Assembly: GCA_964370655.1 (NCBI GenBank)
Contig: CAYJKA010000001.1
Span: forward strand, 12,660 to 50,459
DNA: 37,800 nucleotides
Source: an uncultured Treponemataceae bacterium
Lineage (GTDB): Bacteria > Spirochaetota > Spirochaetia > Treponematales > Treponemataceae
Reading direction: 5' to 3'
Under the pieces are notes generated by a model. That model was given only the letters and a program-made list of their open reading frames with translations, was not told the origin of the DNA and did not search any database. The translations under genes were made by a program, and so were the position numbers. Shown here one piece after another: positions 26,724 to 34,125 of this stretch. Each line of letters starts with the position of its first letter. The first letter of the stretch is position 1.

Positions 26724-27530
26724 ATGCAATATGTAATATATTCAATTCTTGCTTTAGTAGCCTGTACTGCTGGGTCAATAAGTGGTATGGGTGGCGGCGT
26801 CATTGTTAAACCAATCATGGATTTAATGGGTCATTACGATGCCACAACAATCAGTTTATTAAGTAGCATTACTGTTTTTTCAATGTCAGTTGTTTCTTTA
26901 TTAAAAAGTAGAGGAAACAGTGATTTAGGGAATGAAAAAGGTATTACCAGTAAACACCTCCTAGTTCTAGGTCTTGGTGGGGTTGTTGGTGGTTTAACAG
27001 GACAATTTATTTTTTCATTCGTATCTAGCGCTGTTAATTCAAGCACAGTTATTACACTCATTCAAAATATTCTTTTCCTTATTGTAAGTGTTGCAATTTC
27101 AATTTTTCTCTTTTTATTAAAGAGAATTAGAACTCTAAAACACACATCGTACATATCATTTTGTGTAACAGGTCTTTGCCTTGGCGTTGTTTCTGCCTTC
27201 CTTGGTATAGGTGGTGGACCTATAAATGTAGCAATTCTTATGTTTATGTTTTCATTTGATATGAAGTCTGCTGCATTTTCAAGTATTATTGTTATTTTCT
27301 TTTCTCAAGCTTCTAAACTCTTGCAAGTTCTTTTTTCAAATGGATTTTCTGGTTTGGATTTATCTTTAGCACCTTTTTTAATTGCTTTTGCAATTATAGG
27401 TGGAATTATAGGTACAGCAATTAAGAAAAAAATGACTAATGATTCTATTGCCATTCTTTTTAACGCAATTCAAATTTTAATTATTTTAACTTGTATTATA
27501 AATATAATAAAGGCGTCAATTCAATTATAA
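26724..27530 (+). CDS. TSUP (TauE/SafE, DUF81) family anion/sulfite-exporter-like membrane permease
   Basis: Twin glycine motifs GMGGGVIVKPIM and LGIGGGPINVAIL, with about 8 hydrophobic segments. The first motif forces the start to the ATG at 26724; the upstream part of the track ORF (from 26640) is the tRNA read as protein. Confidence 0.8.
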   Translation: MQYVIYSILALVACTAGSISGMGGGVIVKPIMDLMGHYDATTISLLSSITVFSMSVVSLLKSRGNSDLGNEKGITSKHLLVLGLGGVVGGLTGQFIFSFVSSAVNSSTVITLIQNILFLIVSVAISIFLFLLKRIRTLKHTSYISFCVTGLCLGVVSAFLGIGGGPINVAILMFMFSFDMKSAAFSSIIVIFFSQASKLLQVLFSNGFSGLDLSLAPFLIAFAIIGGIIGTAIKKKMTNDSIAILFNAIQILIILTCIINIIKASIQL

Positions 27531-27537
27531 ACACAAC

Positions 27538-27567
27538 CAATAAATTATAATTGCTTATAATTTATTG
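27538..27567. terminator. Perfect 13-bp A/T-rich hairpin between convergent genes (possible bidirectional terminator)
   Basis: CAATAAATTATAA-ttgc-TTATAATTTATTG between the TSUP stop (27530) and the ComFB-gene stop (27583). There is no separate U-tract, so function is uncertain. Confidence 0.4.
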
Positions 27568-27582
27568 ATTAGCCCTATGTTC

Positions 27583-28284
27583 TTAATGTGATTCTGACGG
27601 GAACATATACATATTTTCAATAGTAAATCTTGAAGAAGTGTCTGGTTTGATTTTATGTTGTTTTGTGCTTGTTGCTGAAACAGAAAAGGCATATCTATTT
27701 GTTGTATATCCATCAACTGATACTTCTATTTGGAAGTTAAATGTTTTTTGCATATCAAAGTTTTCAGCAATGATTGGCTTTACCCAAAATGCATATGCTC
27801 CATTAGTTGATACGTGAAGAGAGTAGGGATTACTCCAAGTTTCATCAATCATTTCTACTGGGTCATTGTCTAATTTTAGTATAATAGTACCATGCTTTAG
27901 TGGCTCAAAAGATTCTCCATCATAAATTGTGCCATGAAAGATTGGAAAATTATAAGCTGATACAAATTCGTCTATTTCATTTTCATATAAGGGTTCTTTT
28001 CCATGGAAAGATCTTCGAACAGTAGATACCTTTTTAATACCTTCAATAATAAGAAAGTCTACATCTGCATCTAGCTGGGATGCGTGTTCTGATACTGCAT
28101 GGGCAATACCTCTTTCTGATACAACATAGCGAGGTGTAAGTCTGTTTAAAACATATGCTACAGTGTCTAACTTGCATTGTTCGCAACCACAATGAAACCA
28201 CTCTGCTTTTTGAATGTCTTCATCGCTATATATGGTTTTAACTCTGCTTATTACTTCATCTTCAAGGATATTATGTATTTTCAT
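27583..28284 (-). CDS. ComFB-domain protein with an additional C-terminal domain of about 140 aa
   Basis: The N-terminal roughly 90 aa match the ComFB family pattern (NILEDEVISRV ... CGCEQCKLDTVAYVLNRLTPRYVVSERG). The remainder (FHGTIYDGESFEPLKHGTIILKLDN ...) looks like an all-beta domain. RBS GGTGGTG. Confidence 0.65.
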   Translation of the reverse strand: MKIHNILEDEVISRVKTIYSDEDIQKAEWFHCGCEQCKLDTVAYVLNRLTPRYVVSERGIAHAVSEHASQLDADVDFLIIEGIKKVSTVRRSFHGKEPLYENEIDEFVSAYNFPIFHGTIYDGESFEPLKHGTIILKLDNDPVEMIDETWSNPYSLHVSTNGAYAFWVKPIIAENFDMQKTFNFQIEVSVDGYTTNRYAFSVSATSTKQHKIKPDTSSRFTIENMYMFPSESH

Positions 28285-28350
28285 TTCACACCACCATACG
28301 TTTTAACTTTTGCATTAAAAAAAACTTACGTTTTTTACATTATATAGTAA

Positions 28351-29607
28351 TTACAGATATAATGCAAGAATTTTCTCTAAAAGTTTGTCATTTTGGGTCA
28401 CTTTTGAGGCATTAACACCAATTCGAATTTTTCTAAGTGTGGAAACAAATGATGAAACGGTGTTCTGTGAAAAAACTGTTGGGCTTAGTGAAAAACTTTT
28501 GCCTAAATCGTCAATAAGCAAGTCACTTTCAAAACTAATTCTTTCGGGAATATCTATAATAACATCAGATGGTGTGCACTGTAACAAAGTTGCTACATGG
28601 CCTTCCAGCTGAGTTCTGTTTTCAAGTTTTTCTAAATTTGTATGCCTTTCATTATTAGCATCAAAAGATATTTCAATTATTGTTGTATAAAGGCTCTGTT
28701 CTCGAAGCGATTGCGCACAAGCGTATTCTGGAAAATTTGAGCTTCTACAGGAGTTATATCTGGACTCTAGTAAATAGAAAAGTGATTCATCATCTAATGT
28801 ATAAAGCTCTTCTGCATTCAGAATATCTTTCTGCAGGGCTGCAGAAAGCGTTTTTTTCATCATTGCTGTAGCCATTCGTGTTTGTTTATGCCAGTATACT
28901 GCACTGTACATTAAGTATTTTGAAAATAAAATATTTTCAACAGAAGATAATCCACTTGAGTCAATGCAAATTCCATTTTCTTTGTGAGGTTTTATTACAG
29001 ATAAAATAAAGTCAATATCTTGGACCCCATAAGGAACACCACAGAAGAATGCATCTCGGTTTAAATAATCCAGTTTATCTGGGTCTAAAACACCTGATAA
29101 TAGTTTTCGGAAAAACATTGTTTCAGTGTAATAATCAGTGTTAGGGAGTATTGTAACACCATGGTCTACAATTGCTGCAGTTTGATTGGCGTTTCCTCCC
29201 CATTTTTCTATGATATCTGCAATAGGACCTTGTAAAATCATTCGAGCAGTAAGCTCTTCATGGTCTACTAGAGGAAGTTCTTTTAGAGAATGAGTATACG
29301 GAAAATGTCCTAAATCATGAAAAAGAGCAGCTGCAAGAAAAGACTTGCAGCCTTTTTCAGTTGTCCAATTACTAGCACCTTGTCTTATTAAGGATTCAAG
29401 GAGCCTCATTGCTATATGAAAAACACCAAAAGAATGTGATGCCCTTGTGTGCGTTGCACCTGGATACACTAAATGTGTTGGGCCAAGCTGTCTAATACGC
29501 GTTAGGCGCACAAAATCTTTTGTTTTAACAGCATCATAAAGCTTTGAGGGTATGTAAATATGTTTCCATAAGGGATCTCTTACCGCGTCAAAGGACTCTG
29601 TGAACAT
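28351..29607 (-). CDS. HD-domain metal-dependent phosphohydrolase (COG1078, dNTP triphosphohydrolase-like)
   Basis: RASHSFGV, AALFHDLGHFPYTHS, DPDKLDYLNRD motifs. ATG lies 2 nt after the aconitase stop. Confidence 0.8.
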   Translation of the reverse strand: MFTESFDAVRDPLWKHIYIPSKLYDAVKTKDFVRLTRIRQLGPTHLVYPGATHTRASHSFGVFHIAMRLLESLIRQGASNWTTEKGCKSFLAAALFHDLGHFPYTHSLKELPLVDHEELTARMILQGPIADIIEKWGGNANQTAAIVDHGVTILPNTDYYTETMFFRKLLSGVLDPDKLDYLNRDAFFCGVPYGVQDIDFILSVIKPHKENGICIDSSGLSSVENILFSKYLMYSAVYWHKQTRMATAMMKKTLSAALQKDILNAEELYTLDDESLFYLLESRYNSCRSSNFPEYACAQSLREQSLYTTIIEISFDANNERHTNLEKLENRTQLEGHVATLLQCTPSDVIIDIPERISFESDLLIDDLGKSFSLSPTVFSQNTVSSFVSTLRKIRIGVNASKVTQNDKLLEKILALYL

Positions 29608-29609
29608 TA

Positions 29610-31634
29610 TTATTGTCCACCTCTTTTTGTGTAAGAGGTAAGCCCTCCTGCCATAATAATATTACTTGAACGTTCAGAAAAGTCATTTATAGCTTCTATT
29701 GATATTTCCCCATTTTTTGTTTTTGCACTAATGGTAAAGTTTGTTCCTTTACGCAGTGAATCTTCAATGTCTAAGACTGTTAGTATATCGTCTTTGGAAA
29801 GTTTATCATAGTCGCTGATATTTTTAAACTGTAACGGTAGTATTCCATAATTTACGAGGTTAGCTTTATGAATTCTAGCAAAAGACTTTGCAAGAACACA
29901 TCGAACACCCAAGTACATAGGCGCTAGAGCTGCATGTTCTCTTGAGGAGCCTTGACCATAATTTTCGCCTCCAACAATAATAGAACCTTCTTTTCCTTCT
30001 TCTAGTACTTTTGTAGCATTTGTATAAAAGTTTTCATCAAGCCTTTCAAGAGTAAATTTTGAAATTTCTGGAATATTTGAGCGCAGTGGAAGCATTTTAG
30101 CACCAGCTGGGAGTATGTCGTCTGTTGATACATTGTCACCTGCTTTTAATATTAGTGGAAGCTCTAAGCTGTCTTTCATTTCAGGAGCCTTTGGGCAAGG
30201 TTTAATATTTGGACCTCTAATTATTTCTATGCTTGCTGCGTCCTTTTCTGATAATGGTGGAATAAGCATTCCTTCATCTTTTGTTATTTCTATAATTGCA
30301 TCATTTGTAAGGTTTGTTTCAGAACCAAATGCTGGACTACTGGAGTCATTTGTAATAAAGCTATTAGGATTTGTAATAATACCTGTAATAGCGGCACTTG
30401 CAGCACTTTCAGGCGAAACTAGGTACACTTCAGCCTCTGCGCTACCACTTCTTCCTTTAAAATTTCTGTTAAATGTTCGTAATGTTACTGCGCCTGTAGA
30501 AGGTGCAAACCCTTGTCCAATACAAGGCCCACAAGCACTTTCTAAAATTCGGAAACCAGCCTTTATTAATTCGCCTAAAATACCTGATTTTTCTGCAAGG
30601 AGTAGGGTTGCACGGCTTCCTGGAGCAATACCAGCTTCAACATGAGGTGCAACATATTTTCCCTTTACTATTTTCGCTACTGCAGCTAAATCATCTAGAG
30701 ATGAGTTTGTACAAGAACCAATAACTACTTGATTAACTTTTTTTCCTTTAATTTCTTCAATAGTTTTTATTGCATCTGGAGAATGTGGGCATGCTGCCAT
30801 AGCTTCAAGAGTGCTTAAGTTTATATCTATTACTTTGTAATATTCGGTTCCTTCATCGGCTTTTAATTCTGTCCAATCTTTTTCTCTTCCCATTAGTTCC
30901 ATAAAAGATTTTGTGTTTTCATCGGAAGGAAAAATACTACACGTAGCACCAAGTTCTGCACCCATATTTGTTATAGTTGCTCTTTGGGGAACAGATAAAT
31001 CTTTTAGACCTTCTCCATAGTATTCGTAAATTGCAGATACACCGCCTTTTACTGTTTCTTGTCTAAGAACTTCTAAAATAATATCTTTTGCGCTTACGCC
31101 ATTTTTTAGTTTACCAGTAAGATTAACACCAATAATTTTAGGCATTACTAGGTGGAACGCACCGCCACCCATTGCTACAGCTACATCTAGTCCTCCGGCT
31201 CCTATGGCAATCATGCCCAACCCACCGCCAGTAGGAGTGTGGGAATCTGAGCCTAGTAATGTTTTGCCTGGTATTCCAAATTTTTCTAAATGAACTTGAT
31301 GGCAAATACCATTTCCTGGGCGGGAAAACCACAGACCATATTTTGCGGCTATGCTTTGTAAATATTGGTGGTCATCCATATTCTTAAAGTCTGTTTGTAA
31401 TGTGTTATGATCAATGTATGAAACAGAAAGCTCTGTTTTTACTCTTGGAATACCAATTGTTTCAAATTGTAGGTAAGCCATTGTCCCAGTTGCGTCTTGT
31501 GTGAGTGTTTGGTCAATTTTTATTGCTATTGGAGTATCAGGTGCTATTGGTGTTCCCAATGTTACCGATGATCCCGAGCAAGAGTCTTTAATAATGTGAG
31601 ATTGTAGAATTTTTTCTGCTACAGATAATGCCAT
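29610..31634 (-). CDS. Aconitate hydratase (aconitase/IPM-isomerase superfamily, catalytic plus swivel domains fused)
   Basis: GSDSHTPTGGG, GSCTNSS and ACGPCIGQG Fe-S ligand motifs; swivel-domain GENYGQGSSREHAA. ATG at 31634 (MALSVAEKILQSH) is preceded by GGAGG at 5 nt; the longer track ORF start has no support. Confidence 0.8.
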   Translation of the reverse strand: MALSVAEKILQSHIIKDSCSGSSVTLGTPIAPDTPIAIKIDQTLTQDATGTMAYLQFETIGIPRVKTELSVSYIDHNTLQTDFKNMDDHQYLQSIAAKYGLWFSRPGNGICHQVHLEKFGIPGKTLLGSDSHTPTGGGLGMIAIGAGGLDVAVAMGGGAFHLVMPKIIGVNLTGKLKNGVSAKDIILEVLRQETVKGGVSAIYEYYGEGLKDLSVPQRATITNMGAELGATCSIFPSDENTKSFMELMGREKDWTELKADEGTEYYKVIDINLSTLEAMAACPHSPDAIKTIEEIKGKKVNQVVIGSCTNSSLDDLAAVAKIVKGKYVAPHVEAGIAPGSRATLLLAEKSGILGELIKAGFRILESACGPCIGQGFAPSTGAVTLRTFNRNFKGRSGSAEAEVYLVSPESAASAAITGIITNPNSFITNDSSSPAFGSETNLTNDAIIEITKDEGMLIPPLSEKDAASIEIIRGPNIKPCPKAPEMKDSLELPLILKAGDNVSTDDILPAGAKMLPLRSNIPEISKFTLERLDENFYTNATKVLEEGKEGSIIVGGENYGQGSSREHAALAPMYLGVRCVLAKSFARIHKANLVNYGILPLQFKNISDYDKLSKDDILTVLDIEDSLRKGTNFTISAKTKNGEISIEAINDFSERSSNIIMAGGLTSYTKRGGQ

Positions 31635-31647
31635 AATGCCTCCAAAG

Positions 31648-31696
31648 TCAAGCAAACAAAGAAATATGTCGATAATGGAGTAGGTGGTTTGCTTGA
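31648..31696 (-). promoter_or_regulatory. 10-bp perfect inverted repeat in the aconitase 5' leader, 4 nt upstream of its Shine-Dalgarno
   Basis: TCAAGCAAAC (31648-31657) and GTTTGCTTGA (31687-31696), 29-nt loop. On the plus strand the hairpin is followed by TTTTTAT. Confidence 0.35.
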
Positions 31697-31804
31697 TTTT
31701 TATTGTAATAATCACTAATATTGTATCGTTTAATGGAGAAAATGTCTATTACTCTTGTAAAAAAGTATTGTGTAAAGTGTGTAGATAGGCAGTAAAAGTA
31801 TCGA

Positions 31805-32404
31805 ATGAAGTTTTTATTAATTGTTTTCAGTGTATGTATATTTTCCTCATGTTCTAATAGTGATACTACAGCTAAGTTTAACTATGATGGAGAAGAAACG
31901 CTTAAAACTCTTGTCGAGCAGAGGGAAACCGAAATACAGTGGCCTCAAGTTAAAAATGAAAGTGTAGCAAGCTCTGATACTAAATTTAATATTACAATTA
32001 AAAATGATATGGAATTATTTTTATATAACAATTCGGATAAGGAAGTATATCCCTCTCTTGAGGGCTTTGGTAGCTTAAATACTAGTAATATGAGTAAAAA
32101 TTTACTTAACTTTATTAGTAGTTTTCTAGAAAGCGTTCAAAAAAAGAATATAGATATATTGTTTTTTGAATATGAAAAAATATATATGCAGACTGTTTTA
32201 GAATATAATTTACGCGATTATCCAGATTTTACGGACTTTGTTATTGGAGAAGCTTTTGCTTTTGATACACCTAAGTATTCGTATGAAATACCTGCACGCA
32301 TGTATTTTTCTGGCGGATATACCGATGTAACTATTTTCTGTCAATTCATTGAAGATGCTTATAAGATAGGTCAATGCAATATTGGGGCTATTGTGTATGA
32401 GTAA
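31805..32404 (+). CDS. Hypothetical lipoprotein
   Basis: Signal peptide MKFLLIVFSVCIFSSC with lipobox FSSC. No family recognised. Confidence 0.55.
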   Translation: MKFLLIVFSVCIFSSCSNSDTTAKFNYDGEETLKTLVEQRETEIQWPQVKNESVASSDTKFNITIKNDMELFLYNNSDKEVYPSLEGFGSLNTSNMSKNLLNFISSFLESVQKKNIDILFFEYEKIYMQTVLEYNLRDYPDFTDFVIGEAFAFDTPKYSYEIPARMYFSGGYTDVTIFCQFIEDAYKIGQCNIGAIVYE

Positions 32405-33593
32405 GGGAGTAGTTGGAGTAGAAAGGGAAATTGTGCTTAATACCCTAATGCACGATCAATCTCCGTTGATGGTAAGCCCAGTAGTAAAAAAGGGCGTTGC
32501 TGTTGATAGCATGACATTGCAAAGTGATGAGTACAAAATTTATCCAGAAGGTATTTTATTTTTCAAACGCTTTTTGTCACAATGGCAAGTTATATTAGAT
32601 GTGCTAGCTTCAAACAGAAGAGCTAATGTACGGATGAGCGTGGTTTTTTACCATAGGGGTAGGGGACTATTTTTCATTAGTAGTTTGAAGAAGGTGCGAA
32701 ATGGATATGCTCTTATGATTCCAGAGCGTGTTCAAAAATTACAGGAAGAAGATAATGAGTGTGTTGGCGAAATTAATGCAAAAATTTTTTTAGAAAACTC
32801 ATCTGGAATACATGCAAAATGTCAAGAAGTGGGGCATTTTACATTATTTAATAATAATGTATGGCAAAATTTTTCAAGGTCAGATTTTGAAAACTCTCAA
32901 AAGTTTCTTAAAGAATACGCTCTCTTAGAAGAGTCAAGTCTTGGTGACAAATGTAAAGGTATAATTACTAACTCAAAGAAGATCTTATATGCACCAGAAA
33001 AAAAGATACCGAAAAGGAATTTTTTTCCATTTTCTGCAACAATAACAGAGCGTTTTCTTTCATATAACTCAGACACAGAACTAGAAAAAGAGCTAGAGCA
33101 ATGTCAGTATTCTACATATATACCATTGTGCGCAAGACCTTCTGAGCCTGTTCATACTATCCTAGGAGCAAAAGCAAAAATGGTTTTACTTTCTCCAAGT
33201 GACCTTCTAGAAACAATAGTATTACTGCCGTTATGTAGGTATTTAGGAATTGAACATAAGTCTAAACTTACATCATCTTCACTTCCTCATCTTGACATTA
33301 TATGCATTACTGATTCTGCAATAGTTTTAGGGATGAACATGGAAAAAAGTAAGGCTTTTAGTTTTAGAAAGACAACTGAACATGATTTTCCGTTGATGAA
33401 ATATCAAGAATATGTTTTACAATTAAGAGTACCTGTTGAAAACATGGTTAGAACAATTTCTGTTAGAATTAATGTATCGAATATTTATAAAAATGATTCA
33501 AAAGCCGCTTGTGCACTTTGTCGGTTTATAAATTTACAAGAAGAAGATAGGCGTTTTTTATATGAAAAATACTATAAAACAAAAATGAGATAG
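32397..33593 (+). CDS. Hypothetical cytoplasmic protein (about 398 aa)
   Basis: ATG at 32397 overlaps the upstream stop by 8 nt; the track TTG at 32382 is an alternative. Contains an RRANVR motif and a beta-rich C-terminal part. No family securely recognised. Confidence 0.5.
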   Translation: MSKGVVGVEREIVLNTLMHDQSPLMVSPVVKKGVAVDSMTLQSDEYKIYPEGILFFKRFLSQWQVILDVLASNRRANVRMSVVFYHRGRGLFFISSLKKVRNGYALMIPERVQKLQEEDNECVGEINAKIFLENSSGIHAKCQEVGHFTLFNNNVWQNFSRSDFENSQKFLKEYALLEESSLGDKCKGIITNSKKILYAPEKKIPKRNFFPFSATITERFLSYNSDTELEKELEQCQYSTYIPLCARPSEPVHTILGAKAKMVLLSPSDLLETIVLLPLCRYLGIEHKSKLTSSSLPHLDIICITDSAIVLGMNMEKSKAFSFRKTTEHDFPLMKYQEYVLQLRVPVENMVRTISVRINVSNIYKNDSKAACALCRFINLQEEDRRFLYEKYYKTKMR

Positions 33594-33635
33594 TTAGCTC
33601 TTTTCTTTTTCTTATTTATCGTTTATACTATACGC

Positions 33636-34118
33636 ATGAGAACAACATTTTTAACTAATGAACAAAAAGAATTTTTTGCTGAATTATCACAAAAATTTGA
33701 AGATACAATTGAATCGGTAGAAATGGTATGCTTTGACGGGGATAAACACCTTTTTGAGTCTATTGGGCTTCAGCTGCCTCCAGGCAGAAATAATCTTTGG
33801 GCTATTTTGGCTTATGGCAAAGAGGGCCTGCATATTTATGTTAATCCAACAGAAGCAACTATACTAGGGTTTAAACTAGGAAACCAAAAGACGGCTCCTA
33901 AAGAGCAATTGTTTTCATTTTCTAACTTTGCATCATGGGATGTTGAAACAGTAGTAAAAAGATTTTTGTGTTTTCAAAGCGTCAATAAATATGCTCTTTC
34001 GTTAAATATTACATATAATTCACCAGTTCAAGGTGATGTGAGAGGAACATTGCTTATTCAAACACAAATGCCTGCAAAAAACATACTCTCAAAAATGAAA
34101 GAATACAAAAACAAGTAA
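33636..34118 (+). CDS. Hypothetical protein (160 aa)
   Basis: Open frame with ordinary amino-acid composition. No Shine-Dalgarno. TATACT ends 6 nt before the ATG. Confidence 0.45.
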   Translation: MRTTFLTNEQKEFFAELSQKFEDTIESVEMVCFDGDKHLFESIGLQLPPGRNNLWAILAYGKEGLHIYVNPTEATILGFKLGNQKTAPKEQLFSFSNFASWDVETVVKRFLCFQSVNKYALSLNITYNSPVQGDVRGTLLIQTQMPAKNILSKMKEYKNK

Positions 34119-34125
34119 GATAGAT

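Noticed and set aside
26597-26818. A 73-aa minus-strand ORF, and the 5' part of the plus-strand ORF starting at 26640
   Set aside because: Both are read straight through the tRNA-Pro gene (26650-26722). The plus-strand protein only becomes TSUP-like from the ATG at 26724.
27583-29607. HD (SAMHD1/dGTPase-like) protein plus ComFB protein as a nucleotide-depletion anti-phage defence pair
   Set aside because: The two genes are separated by a 66-nt gap with separate expression signals. The HD gene is coupled to aconitase instead. COG1078 HD proteins are common housekeeping genes. No other defence-island hallmarks are nearby.
31668-31675. GTCGATAA on the plus strand, resembling a sigma-28 -10 box upstream of the 31805 lipoprotein gene
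   Set aside because: It has one mismatch in the critical GCCGATAA core. There is no TAAA-like -35 at the required 15-16 nt. It lies inside the loop of the aconitase-leader hairpin, about 130 nt from the ATG.
26650-34118. Genomic island or prophage remnant integrated at tRNA-Pro
   Set aside because: There is no integrase, transposase or phage-like gene. I found no second copy of the tRNA 3' end that could serve as an att repeat. There is no visible shift in base composition. The genes are ordinary metabolic or membrane functions.
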